A stretch of DNA of 64,000 bases from Methanothrix sp. (GTDB lineage: Archaea > Halobacteriota > Methanosarcinia > Methanotrichales > Methanotrichaceae): contig OY821645.1 in assembly GCA_963682135.1 (NCBI GenBank), forward strand, positions 1,728,001 through 1,792,000, written 5' to 3'. This document shows, piece by piece, positions 19,104 to 28,936 of this stretch (positions are counted from its first letter, which is position 1; each line of letters opens with the position of its first letter). The position numbers and the translations under genes are program-made. Below the pieces are notes generated by a model. The model saw only the letters and a program-made list of their open reading frames with translations, made no database searches and had not been told where the DNA came from.

Positions 19104-19552
19104 GAGGTGTGTAGTTCCTAAGCATTCTGATCACTCAATTAAAATCTGGGTATAAAATTTATCCGCCCTTAAGGTATTATTTCCAAAAGGACTAAATACC
19201 AAGAATAACTATATTGCTTTTTGGCGAGGAATGCTTCATCGCGAATTGACTAAATAAAACGTTACCTCCCAAGGTTTAAGGCACTTTCTCGCCCAGATTA
19301 CCTACAGGCGACTAAAAAAATCCCTTGCAACAAGAGAATAAAACTATTAATATACATATAGCATACAATGCGAAGATATGCTTAGTTTAAAGTTATTTAC
19401 GGTTTTTTCTTTTTGACTAAAAATGTAAAAAGATTAAATAAGATAGCAGCGCTGCTGAAGTGATCCTTCGGGATTTCCAAATTCTTTTTAAAAAAAACAC
19501 AGTATTGTCCCATATGAATTTATTGAAAAAACAATTGTTAATGAGTGTACCT

Positions 19553-19642
19553 TCAATTGGGTCTGATCATAATCCACCACCAAGTGATACAGGCTGCCAC
19601 TAATAGAGCTAATATTAGAGTATCTCTTATTCCTTTCGTCAA
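19553..19642 (-). CDS. Putative 29-aa single-pass membrane peptide
   Basis: AGGTGA RBS, 5 nt, then TTG; MTKGIRDTLILALLVAACITWWWIMIRPN. Confidence 0.55.
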   Translation of the reverse strand: MTKGIRDTLILALLVAACITWWWIMIRPN

Positions 19643-19748
19643 AGCCTTCACCTAATTTACATGATTTTCATTGCGAATCTGGAAACACAACTATTTAGAT
19701 ATAATTCACTAAAAAAAATGTGTATTTGCTCATTAATCAACATTGCCA

Positions 19749-19841
19749 TTAGATACCTGATAGAATCGATACGAACATGATCAATGACAATAATCCTATC
19801 CACAGAGGATATACCCCAATTTCTTGTTGACCAAACTTCAT
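19749..19841 (-). CDS. Putative 30-aa single-pass membrane peptide
   Basis: GGTGGTGA RBS, 6 nt, then ATG; MKFGQQEIGVYPLWIGLLSLIMFVSILSGI. Confidence 0.55.
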   Translation of the reverse strand: MKFGQQEIGVYPLWIGLLSLIMFVSILSGI

Positions 19842-20129
19842 GACTCTTCACCACCCATTTGGTAATTTTTCCTTTTTTCCAAATAACCTATTAGATAGTA
19901 TTTATTCCTTTTGCAAACGGTTATTATTTTGATATATTAATATTAAACATTATAATACCCTCATCCACAAGATAGATGCAATACAAAAAGGGGGTCAAGT
20001 CAGTCAGCTTGTTATCCCAAAAGGCCTCAAAACGAAAAATATCTGTTCTTGAAAACCTGCGCATCGCAGCCTTTTAATAAGTATGGCTGCATAAGGAATT
20101 CAACTCGGATGATAGGATCAGGAGCTTAA

Positions 20130-20573
20130 ATGCCCATCCCTAAATACACGAAAATAGAGATAACTCCCGAAGCATTCTTAGCTCTTGAATCTGAAACTAT
20201 TCTTCAGGGCAAGACACTGAAAAAACTTGCATCTGATTTAATACTTAGAGGGGTCTCCAAAGACTCTCTAGATTTTGCCAAGAGGGCAATGTCAACCAGT
20301 AAAAATTCGAACGAGATTATTACACAAGTAATCAAGGATATAGGTGTCTCTGAGATCAGATTCGACGAATTACTATTAGAAAACATCCAAAAGATTATAA
20401 AAGAACAATCTAACTTTGATGCGATGTCATTCGTTGCTCAACATACCGCTTCAATGCAGCGTGATGAACTCCACCGAGTACTTACAATCTGTGAGTACCA
20501 TAGTCTCTCTCCCCTTCATAAGGCCGAGATTATCAAAAATTTGAATAACATTGAATTGGGGATCTTTCACTAA
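20130..20573 (+). CDS. Hypothetical protein with a ribbon-helix-helix-like N terminus
   Basis: RBS AGGAG; TKIEITPEAFLALESETILQGKTLKKLASDLILRG fits a strand-helix-G-helix pattern. Confidence 0.7.
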   Translation: MPIPKYTKIEITPEAFLALESETILQGKTLKKLASDLILRGVSKDSLDFAKRAMSTSKNSNEIITQVIKDIGVSEIRFDELLLENIQKIIKEQSNFDAMSFVAQHTASMQRDELHRVLTICEYHSLSPLHKAEIIKNLNNIELGIFH

Positions 20574-20839
20574 TTAATCAAGGAACGCTTCAAGTTGAAT
20601 AGAACCGAGCACAGGCTTTAACAGATAATATAATTTAATTTAAATCATATAATTTAACCCATCGCGAATGGATCTTATATTGCACATAAATTATATTTAT
20701 ATATTACGCCCCTCGCCAATTATCGTCCCGTCAGTATGCATATTTTACAATCCATGATGTGCAACGAAGTTGCATTCCTGTATCATATCCAGTTCTCGCC
20801 AAGGCAACCTATATCAATTCTCATAGCTCTAATGGGGAT

Positions 20840-21787
20840 ATGCGTATTAGCGAGCATCAGTATGGCGACTATATCGGACCATTCAGAAACGTCCTCTACC
20901 TCTGCCACAGGAACGCCGATCCTGACGCCATCGGTTGCAGCTTTGCCCTGAGCCGGGCCTTCGGGGGTGAAATCGGTGCGGTAGATGACCTGAGCCGTAC
21001 TGGTATTTCCCTGGCCAATATCATTGGAGCTCGCGTACTGATTAACCCCCCTGTAGAAGACTACGATCTGGTGGTAGTAGTAGACACCTCGGTAAAGACG
21101 CAACTGGGCGACAGACTCCCTGCCAACTATGCTCTGGTAGACCATCACCTGGATGAAGGACTGCTGGAAGGCGCCCTCTTTTACATACAAAAGCCCACCA
21201 AGTCCACTGCCGAGATCGTCTGGACGATTCTAAAAGAAAACGATAAGAAGGTCGACGAAAAGTCGGCCCTGGGACTCATGGCAGGCATGATCGCCGATAC
21301 CGGTCGATTCAAGCGGGCGTCGCCCGGCACCTTTCTGGCAGCAGCCGAGCTCTTAGATGCAGGTGGCTTTGCCTATGAAAAAGCACAGGAGGCCCTTTCT
21401 GTGCCCCCGGATCTATCGCAAAGAATTGCCTTACTCAAAGCCGCCTCTCGGGCCGAGATAGTGCGCCAGGGAGACTGGCTTATTGCCTGCACATGGGTCA
21501 ACTCCTTCGAGGGCTCTGCTGCCATGGCCCTGGTGGATTTGGGCGCAGACGTGGCCTTTGTGGCGGGACGGCATGGCAACTTGATCCGCATCAGCGCCCG
21601 CTGTAGCCGCGAGGCAGCCCGCAGGGGCATCAACCTGGCAAAGCTCCTGGGAGAAGTGGGAAGAGCCCATGGGGGCGATGGAGGGGGGCACAGGTCGGCA
21701 GCCGCCCTGGAAGCAATAGGCGAGCCCTTCGCTATCCTGGATACATGCAGAAAAAAATTGCTGGATCTCCTGCCCTCAAGGCCATAA
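20840..21787 (+). CDS. DHH/DHHA1 family phosphoesterase
   Basis: HRNADPDAIG, VVVDT, VDHH, ADTGRF, GGGH; start at ATG 20840 inferred. Confidence 0.93.
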   Translation: MRISEHQYGDYIGPFRNVLYLCHRNADPDAIGCSFALSRAFGGEIGAVDDLSRTGISLANIIGARVLINPPVEDYDLVVVVDTSVKTQLGDRLPANYALVDHHLDEGLLEGALFYIQKPTKSTAEIVWTILKENDKKVDEKSALGLMAGMIADTGRFKRASPGTFLAAAELLDAGGFAYEKAQEALSVPPDLSQRIALLKAASRAEIVRQGDWLIACTWVNSFEGSAAMALVDLGADVAFVAGRHGNLIRISARCSREAARRGINLAKLLGEVGRAHGGDGGGHRSAAALEAIGEPFAILDTCRKKLLDLLPSRP

Positions 21788-21805
21788 AGATGCCAACAAT
21801 TCGGA

Positions 21806-23026
21806 TCAGACCTTTCGTGCTCGAAGAGCTGCTTTCTTCAGAGCTTCAATGCCAGGCAATGGCTCACCCGAGAGATAGGTGATGGATGCCCCGCCACCCA
21901 TGCTCACATGAGTGAACTTGGACTCCAGGCCCAGCTGCTCAATGGCCGCCACGCTATGCCCTCCACCGGCAATAGAATAGCCCGACTCGGTGGCCGCTTT
22001 CAATAGCTCGGATGTGCCCAATCGGAACTTCTCCTGCTCGAAGACACCTGTCGGTCCATTGAGGACGGTAACCTTAGCTTCCTTCATATATTTGGAGTAG
22101 ATGACAATGGTCTCCAGGCCTATGTCGGCGATAGGCAAAGCTGTAGGAAGCTTGCTGGTGGCAACGTCCACACGCTCGCCATTCTGGTTCAAAGCTACAT
22201 CCACGGGCAGCACGATCTTGCCGGGATAATCATGTAAAAGCTTTGCCGCAATGGGAATTTGGTCCAGGTACTCCTGATCCTCAACAAACTTGCGATTGGC
22301 TTCACCCACATCAATGCCTGCCGCCATCATGAAGACAGTAGCCACGACACCTGAGGTAAGAACCTTATCGGCACCGCCGCGACCCAGAACATTTTGGGTG
22401 ACTTTAATGGAATCGTCCGCCTTCGTACCTCCCAAGGAGAAGACTGTCGGATGCTCATTACCCTTCAAGCCCTTATCCAGTGCCGTGATCTCCTTATCCA
22501 TGAGAAGCCCGGCAAAACTGGGCAGCACCTCGGTAAAGCCCACCACGGAGCAGTGAGAGCGATGAGAGACTGCAAAAGCGTCATTTATAAAAATATCAAA
22601 TAACGGTGCCAGTTTTCTCACCATGTGGCTCTTGGCATGATCGGCAGGGCTTCGGTTCATGTTCTCTTCTGCATAAAAACGGGTATTTTCCAGAAGAAGA
22701 ACCTCGCCCGGCATCAGCGATTTTATGGCGCTTTGAGCATGAGATCCGAATATGTCGTCTATGTAAGTAACATCGCGACGTAGGAGCCGCGTTGCCAGGC
22801 GAGCATGAGCCTCCAGCGTGGTATAATCCTTCTTGCCGGCCCGGCTCTGATGCGCCATGAGAACCACCCGGCAATCCTCCAGAGCACGCAGAGTATCTAA
22901 GTGGCTTCTTATGCGCTTATCATCCAGAATATTTCCGTTCGGGTCCATAGGAGAGTTGAAGTCCACTCTTACCAGGACCCTTTTATTATCAAGTACGACG
23001 TCATCCATTATGAGATAATCCTTCAA
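21806..23026 (-). CDS. pgk: Phosphoglycerate kinase
   Basis: RVDFNSP, LLENTRF, FINDAF, GGGH, HVSMGGGAS; TTG start inferred. Confidence 0.97.
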   Translation of the reverse strand: MKDYLIMDDVVLDNKRVLVRVDFNSPMDPNGNILDDKRIRSHLDTLRALEDCRVVLMAHQSRAGKKDYTTLEAHARLATRLLRRDVTYIDDIFGSHAQSAIKSLMPGEVLLLENTRFYAEENMNRSPADHAKSHMVRKLAPLFDIFINDAFAVSHRSHCSVVGFTEVLPSFAGLLMDKEITALDKGLKGNEHPTVFSLGGTKADDSIKVTQNVLGRGGADKVLTSGVVATVFMMAAGIDVGEANRKFVEDQEYLDQIPIAAKLLHDYPGKIVLPVDVALNQNGERVDVATSKLPTALPIADIGLETIVIYSKYMKEAKVTVLNGPTGVFEQEKFRLGTSELLKAATESGYSIAGGGHSVAAIEQLGLESKFTHVSMGGGASITYLSGEPLPGIEALKKAALRARKV

Positions 23027-23274
23027 CTTGGTTCCCCCGGTGTGGTCAAGGGGTTGACACAAGGAATATATAGTCGTTGCTGATTTGAGCGGAATCTGAT
23101 CTTGAGTGGGCTCGCAGTGCACCTCTTCCCACGAACCTTAAGAAGAAACGAGGCACCTGGCAGAAAAACCTTCTTTTGAAGCATATCTCGACAAACGTCG
23201 AGAAAAGTCCTTATATTGGTTCGCCAAAAGCACCATTGTGAGATAGATAAAACATTCGATCACAGAGTGATAAG

Positions 23275-26200
23275 ATGCACAAGGCAATCTCCATTATGAT
23301 CATAACGGCAGCACTTCTCTATGTTGGCGCTGCCTACGGGACGGATTATGGAAAAGAGCGTCCCATAGCCATCTTAGCGGGCTCGGAGCAGATGCAGCCG
23401 ACCATAGACGGACATATTGTAGCCTGGTCGGACAACAGGAGTGGAAACTTCGACATATTCATGTATGACCTGGAGACCGGGTTGGAGAAATGGGTATGCA
23501 TCAATCCGTTCTTCCAAATCAATCCTGCTGTATCCGGTGAGCGTATCGTCTGGCAGGACATGCGCGCTGGCAACGGGGACATTTACATGTACGATGCGGT
23601 CAATCGCACCGAATCAGTAATAACTGCAGATGAAGGCAACCAGACTCAACCTGATATCAGTGGCGATCGTGTGGTCTGGGCCGATGACCGCGAAGGCACC
23701 TATAAAATCAGTCTCTACGACCTGACGACCAAGAAGCAGAGCATCGTTTCCACCGGGAAGGGAGAGCAAATTGAGCCCAAGATTAATGGCGATAGAGTAG
23801 TCTGGATGGATAAACGCTCTGGCGATTTTGATGTATATCTGTATGATATTGCCCGCAGCAAAGAATCAGCTATCTCCACAGGTCCAAATGATCAGTCGTT
23901 TCCTTCCATATACGGTAATATTGTGGCATGGGCCGATAATCGTACTGGGGAGTCAGATATAGCCTTCATGGATATTACTACTCAGAAAACCACTACGCTT
24001 ACCAAGCCAGGCATACAGACTGATCCCAGGATTTATGGCAACTTCATCGCCTACCTCAACAACAGAACCGATATCAATCTTTATGACACCAAGAGCGGCG
24101 ACGACTTCCCCCTGGCACCGGGAATCATAAAAATGGAACCGGCCATCAGTGATCGTGGCGTAGTCTGGACGGAATATAGAAGGGGTGCGGATGATCCAGA
24201 TATCCGGATGTATGATTTCAAGATCTTGGCCGATATGTCCATAGGTGGCGGGTCATTTAACCAGACAAATCCTTCCATTTCAGGGGATAATATAGTCTGG
24301 ACGGACAATCGCAAAGGAAACTACAACGTCTATCTATTCAACACCTCTACAAGCAAGGAAAAGGCCATTACTGATGACAAAATAGATCATAGCAGTCCTG
24401 ATGTCAGCGGTAACTATGTCATATATACCGACAAGAGAAATGGCCACCTCGACGTTTTTCTCTTTGACCTTCTGGCCGGGAAAGAGAAACAGATATCAAA
24501 AAGCTCTTCCGATCACAGATATTCCATGATCGATGGTAACTATGTCGTTTGGCTTAACAACGACACAGGAGATGATCAAATATATCTCTACGACATCATA
24601 AAGGGTGTGGAGAGACAATTGACCAGTAACAAAGGCGGCAAGCTCTCACCGGTCATAAATGGAGAGAATGTGGTCTGGGCGGATAAGCGAACAGATAAAT
24701 GGGATATATATCTTTACAACCTGACCACAAATAGCGAGATACCAATTTGCACTGATCTCAAGAACCAGGTTCCTGCCTGGATATATGGGGATACCATCGT
24801 CTGGGCGGACGGCAGAAATGCTCCCGATAGCAGTGTTCGCAACTGGGACGTCTACGCCTACAACATGACTACCAAAACAGAACGAGCCATTGTCACCAAT
24901 TCTGCCAACCAAGGTTCTCCCTGCGTCTTTGGCAGATATATTGCATGGCTCGATGAGCGCGGGGGAGACCCGGATATCTACCTTTATGATCTAATAAAAG
25001 GTGTAGAAATTCCCATTGCGACATTGCCAATGATCCAGTCGCCTAACGACGGAAAGGGAGATCCTGAGCGGGTCAAACCTTATGGCTCTTCAAAGATCCT
25101 GAGTGAGGATAAGGTTGTCTGGATGGACAACAGCAACGGATTTACCCAGATCAAGTGGAGATACATCAACTCTGATCCGCTGCTCTTGCTCACAACCGAC
25201 TATCCCAATACCAACGGCAGCCTGCTGGTATGGAGCGACAATCGGAGAGGCAACTGGAATATCTTTGGCTTTGATTTCTTCACACGATCAGAAAGGCCCA
25301 TCTCCAAAGGGGATTGGGATCAGCTTTATCCCAAAACCTCAGGCGATAAAGTGGTTTGGGCAGACTATAGAAATGGAGACGCAGACATCTATTTGAAGAA
25401 TATGACCACCGGCATCGAATCAGCCGTTGCATCTGGCAAGAAAGATCAGACCTGGCCTTCCATCTCCGGAGATAAAATAGTCTGGATGGACAATTCCAGT
25501 GGCAACTGGGACATTTACATGCAAGATCTGAGCAACGGCGAGAGCGTTCCTGTCTACAAGGGTCCAGGCCAGCAGATGTATCCCATCATTAGCGGCAATC
25601 TGGTCGTATGGCAGGACAACCGAAAAGGCGACTTTGATGTCTATGTCAAAGACCTAATAACCGGAAATGAGACACGACTTACAGAAGGCGGAGACCAGCT
25701 TTATCCCGACGTATCCGGAAATACCATTGCCTGGGAAGACGCTAAGAGCAAAGACATTGCCTATTACTTCTGGGACAAGAAGTGGGGCAAGACCTACCCC
25801 CGACCTGGAGAGCAGACAAATCCCGTAGTAACGGGAAAATACATCTCCTATGTGGACGGGACCGATCCGGATACATCCATTCGCAAGCTGGACCTCTCCA
25901 ACTGGAAGGACGAGCTGGTCCAGGCAGGACCTGGCCAGGTCAAACCCAGCATGGATGAAAAGCTGGTCTGGCTTAACACCCATAACGGCAGGCCACGGAC
26001 AGTGCCTGTAACCGCGGGCCAGATGAGCATAATCTGCAAAGCACCCGGCGATCAGAGCTGCCCGGTCGTGGGCGGCAACGACCAGGTAGGATACTATGTG
26101 GCCTGGATGGACAATCGCACCGGAAAACCGGACATCTATGTCTACAGCCTGTCCCAGGAACTGGAGCTGCCTATAGCCGCAGGCCCGTATGAGGATATGT

Positions 26201-26931
26201 ATCCGGATATCGATGGAAGCATCATCGCCTGGATATCCCGCAATCCCTTGAACCAGTATAAGATAGAGGATTACTGGTCCATTCGAACCTTTGATATATC
26301 CATTATCAACTCCACTGAGCTGGTTTACGGTCTGGAGAATGTCACACCCATCTCCCTCAGTGCAGACTACCTGACCTACTTGCGAAAGAATTACTTCGGC
26401 TTTATGGTCTACATGAGGCCGCTTTACGAGAAAGAGGCCCTCCCCGACTATCCGCCCAGCGGCATCAATCCGCGGGCGGGAGGAGAATATGTAGTCTATC
26501 AGGATAACAAGAAAGGCAGTTGGGATATCTGGATGTGGAAACAGGGGAGCAGTCCCGTGGCAGTGGCAAGCGATGCCAGCGATCAGATCAATGCGGCTAC
26601 GGACGGACACACTGTAGTCTGGCAGGATAACCGCAACGGCAATTGGGATATCTTTGCCTACGACCTGAACACCAGCAAGGAGATCCAGATTACCAATAGT
26701 CTGGAAGATCAGACCAATCCGGATGTCGAAAACGGCGTAATTGTCTGGCAGGACAATCGCAACGGAAATTGGGATATCTATGTCTACGACCGCAATGTGC
26801 AAAAGGAGAAGGCAATCTGCACAGATGCAGGGGGCCAGACCCAGCCGCGCATTAAGACGGGAAGAATAGTCTGGACCGATGATCGCAACGGGGACAAGGA
26901 TATCTATCTTTACGAGAACTATATGCCGTAA
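23275..26931 (+). CDS. Secreted multi-beta-propeller surface protein (Methanosarcinales-type VVWxDxRxGxxDIYxY repeats)
   Basis: Signal peptide; roughly 27-28 repeats of about 40 aa (PxIxGxxVVWxDxR..DIY). Confidence 0.92.
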   Translation: MHKAISIMIITAALLYVGAAYGTDYGKERPIAILAGSEQMQPTIDGHIVAWSDNRSGNFDIFMYDLETGLEKWVCINPFFQINPAVSGERIVWQDMRAGNGDIYMYDAVNRTESVITADEGNQTQPDISGDRVVWADDREGTYKISLYDLTTKKQSIVSTGKGEQIEPKINGDRVVWMDKRSGDFDVYLYDIARSKESAISTGPNDQSFPSIYGNIVAWADNRTGESDIAFMDITTQKTTTLTKPGIQTDPRIYGNFIAYLNNRTDINLYDTKSGDDFPLAPGIIKMEPAISDRGVVWTEYRRGADDPDIRMYDFKILADMSIGGGSFNQTNPSISGDNIVWTDNRKGNYNVYLFNTSTSKEKAITDDKIDHSSPDVSGNYVIYTDKRNGHLDVFLFDLLAGKEKQISKSSSDHRYSMIDGNYVVWLNNDTGDDQIYLYDIIKGVERQLTSNKGGKLSPVINGENVVWADKRTDKWDIYLYNLTTNSEIPICTDLKNQVPAWIYGDTIVWADGRNAPDSSVRNWDVYAYNMTTKTERAIVTNSANQGSPCVFGRYIAWLDERGGDPDIYLYDLIKGVEIPIATLPMIQSPNDGKGDPERVKPYGSSKILSEDKVVWMDNSNGFTQIKWRYINSDPLLLLTTDYPNTNGSLLVWSDNRRGNWNIFGFDFFTRSERPISKGDWDQLYPKTSGDKVVWADYRNGDADIYLKNMTTGIESAVASGKKDQTWPSISGDKIVWMDNSSGNWDIYMQDLSNGESVPVYKGPGQQMYPIISGNLVVWQDNRKGDFDVYVKDLITGNETRLTEGGDQLYPDVSGNTIAWEDAKSKDIAYYFWDKKWGKTYPRPGEQTNPVVTGKYISYVDGTDPDTSIRKLDLSNWKDELVQAGPGQVKPSMDEKLVWLNTHNGRPRTVPVTAGQMSIICKAPGDQSCPVVGGNDQVGYYVAWMDNRTGKPDIYVYSLSQELELPIAAGPYEDMYPDIDGSIIAWISRNPLNQYKIEDYWSIRTFDISIINSTELVYGLENVTPISLSADYLTYLRKNYFGFMVYMRPLYEKEALPDYPPSGINPRAGGEYVVYQDNKKGSWDIWMWKQGSSPVAVASDASDQINAATDGHTVVWQDNRNGNWDIFAYDLNTSKEIQITNSLEDQTNPDVENGVIVWQDNRNGNWDIYVYDRNVQKEKAICTDAGGQTQPRIKTGRIVWTDDRNGDKDIYLYENYMP

Positions 26932-26940
26932 GAGGTAGAG

Positions 26941-26961
26941 GGGCAGGTCGCCTGCCTGCCC
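26941..26961 (+). terminator. Hairpin after the propeller gene
   Basis: GGGCAGG-N7-CCTGCCC followed by an AT-rich stretch. Confidence 0.4.
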
Positions 26962-27019
26962 AAAAGTTTATTTATTCTTACTGCGTTAGCCGGGCACTTA
27001 AGAACACTCGGGGCAATTC

Positions 27020-27913
27020 ATGGAGCTTGAAAATCTGAGATTTGGTACGGAACTGCTCAAGCGCGGTTTCGCAAAGATGCAGAAGGGAGGCGTCATCATG
27101 GACGTCACAACCCCAGAGCAGGCCGTTATCGCACAAGAAGCGGGCGCTGTGGCCGTAATGGCCCTGCATGCTGTGCCTGCCGACATCAGAAAGATGGGCG
27201 GCGTGGCCAGGATGGCCGACCCTGCAATCATCGAGGCCATCATCGAAGCAGTGACCATTCCCGTCATGGCCAAGGCCAGGATAGGCCACTTTGTGGAGGC
27301 CATGGTATTGGAGGCACTGGGTGTGGATATGGTGGATGAGTCCGAGGTACTCACTCCCGCGGATGAATTTCATATTGAGAAGGCCAAATTCACCATTCCT
27401 TTTGTCTGCGGCGCTCGAAACCTGGGCGAAGCCTGTCGGCGCATCAAAGAAGGCGCGGCCATGATCAGGACCAAAGGCGAAGCGGGAACTGGAGACGTGA
27501 GCCAGGCGGTCTTGCACATGAGGATGATCCATGGCCAGATCAGGACCCTGAAGGGCATGGACGATCTGCAGCTATTAAAAGTGGCACGAGAGATTGAGGC
27601 AGACCTTGATCTGGTCAAAGAGTGCGCCAGCATGCAGCGCCTGCCGGTAGTCAACTTTGCCGCAGGCGGTGTGGCCACGCCGGCGGATGCTGCGTTGATG
27701 ATGCAGCTTGGGGCAGATGGAGTCTTTGTGGGCTCAGGCATATTCAAATCAGAAAATCCGCAGGCTATGGCAAGAGCCATCGTAGAGGCAGTGCATCATT
27801 ACGACGACGCGGCTCTTCTAGCAAGAGTATCCAAGGGTTTGGGCGCAGCTATGAAAGGGCTGGATGCGTCAACGATTCCTGAATCTGAGACTTTGCAGAA
27901 TAGGGGCTGGTGA
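27020..27913 (+). CDS. pdxS: PLP synthase lyase subunit
   Basis: [42 protein letters not shown]. Confidence 0.98.
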   Translation: MELENLRFGTELLKRGFAKMQKGGVIMDVTTPEQAVIAQEAGAVAVMALHAVPADIRKMGGVARMADPAIIEAIIEAVTIPVMAKARIGHFVEAMVLEALGVDMVDESEVLTPADEFHIEKAKFTIPFVCGARNLGEACRRIKEGAAMIRTKGEAGTGDVSQAVLHMRMIHGQIRTLKGMDDLQLLKVAREIEADLDLVKECASMQRLPVVNFAAGGVATPADAALMMQLGADGVFVGSGIFKSENPQAMARAIVEAVHHYDDAALLARVSKGLGAAMKGLDASTIPESETLQNRGW

Positions 27914-28501
27914 GTGGCAAAGATTGGTGTCCTGGCCTTGCAGGGAGACGTCTCGGAACACGTCCAGGCCCTGGAAAAGGCGGGCGAGGGAAAAATCCAG
28001 GTAATCGAGGTCAGAAGGAGCGGCCAGATGAAAGAGTGCGCAGCTCTGGTGCTGCCGGGCGGAGAGAGCACAACCATCTGCCGCCAGCTGGAGAGCAGTG
28101 GCCTTACCGAGGAGTTGAAGGCCGCAGCCCTTTCCGGAAAGCCCATCCTGGCCACCTGTGCCGGCCTGGTGCTCATCTCCCAAGAGATAACGGGCAACAA
28201 CGAGGGCCTCGTCAAACCACTGGGCCTTATGGACATCAAGATCAACCGAAACGCCTTTGGGCCGCAGAGGGAGTCCTTTGAGGCAGACCTGCAGGTAAAA
28301 GGACTGGACCGGCCTTACCGGGCTGTTTTCATTCGCGCTCCGGCGATAGGCCAGGTGGGTAAAAACGTAGAAGTACTGGCGTGCATAGGGAAAAATGTTG
28401 TGGCGGCACGCCAGAAGAATCTGTTGGCTTTGGCCTTTCATCCTGAATTGACACAAGACCCAAGGATTCATCAAATATTCCTGAAGATGCTGGAGGCATG
28501 A
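27914..28501 (+). CDS. pdxT: PLP synthase glutaminase subunit
   Basis: GVLALQG, PGGEST, TCAG, FIRAP, FHPE. Confidence 0.98.
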   Translation: MAKIGVLALQGDVSEHVQALEKAGEGKIQVIEVRRSGQMKECAALVLPGGESTTICRQLESSGLTEELKAAALSGKPILATCAGLVLISQEITGNNEGLVKPLGLMDIKINRNAFGPQRESFEADLQVKGLDRPYRAVFIRAPAIGQVGKNVEVLACIGKNVVAARQKNLLALAFHPELTQDPRIHQIFLKMLEA

Positions 28502-28502
28502 G

Positions 28503-28859
28503 ATGTTCTCGGAAAAAGACCTGGTAGAAAGAAGCGTCGAGGATATGGCAGCAGAAGTCAAGGAACTTCTGGCCGAGGCCGAGCGCCTGAAAACGGAGCA
28601 CGAAAAAGCAACAGAAAAAGAGATGCTCTTGCGGACCAGGTCGGTGGAGACGAGGCCCGCGGATGCTGCGACTGCTGAGCGACTCTGGCTGGAGGCAGAA
28701 GAGTTGCGCGAATCAGCCAGAGAGAATTTGAGGCTCTCCATGGAGAAGAGGCTGCGGGCGGCGGACGTGCAGCATAGAATTGACATCCACGACCAGATCG
28801 AGTCTATGGGAAACTCGGATGAGGTCTGGAGAAAAGCGGCGCGAGCTGGAAGAAGCTGA
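28503..28859 (+). CDS. Hypothetical helical/coiled-coil protein
   Basis: Starts 1 nt after the pdxT stop; charged helical sequence. Confidence 0.7.
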   Translation: MFSEKDLVERSVEDMAAEVKELLAEAERLKTEHEKATEKEMLLRTRSVETRPADAATAERLWLEAEELRESARENLRLSMEKRLRAADVQHRIDIHDQIESMGNSDEVWRKAARAGRS

Positions 28860-28936
28860 GGAAAAACGTGCACTCGGTTGCAACAGATGGAAATAAGGGT
28901 AATCTATTTAACTGCAGCAATTAAATGTGATTTATC

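Noticed and set aside
18823-19134. 103-aa minus-strand ORF
   Set aside because: Antisense to the istB relic; no recognisable features
19657-19854. 65-aa ORF from the track
   Set aside because: Its GTG lies inside the RBS of the 30-aa peptide ORF, which has the better start context
18900-20750. AT-rich region as a replication origin
   Set aside because: No repeated ORB motifs seen and no cdc6/orc1 gene; better explained as an accessory islet
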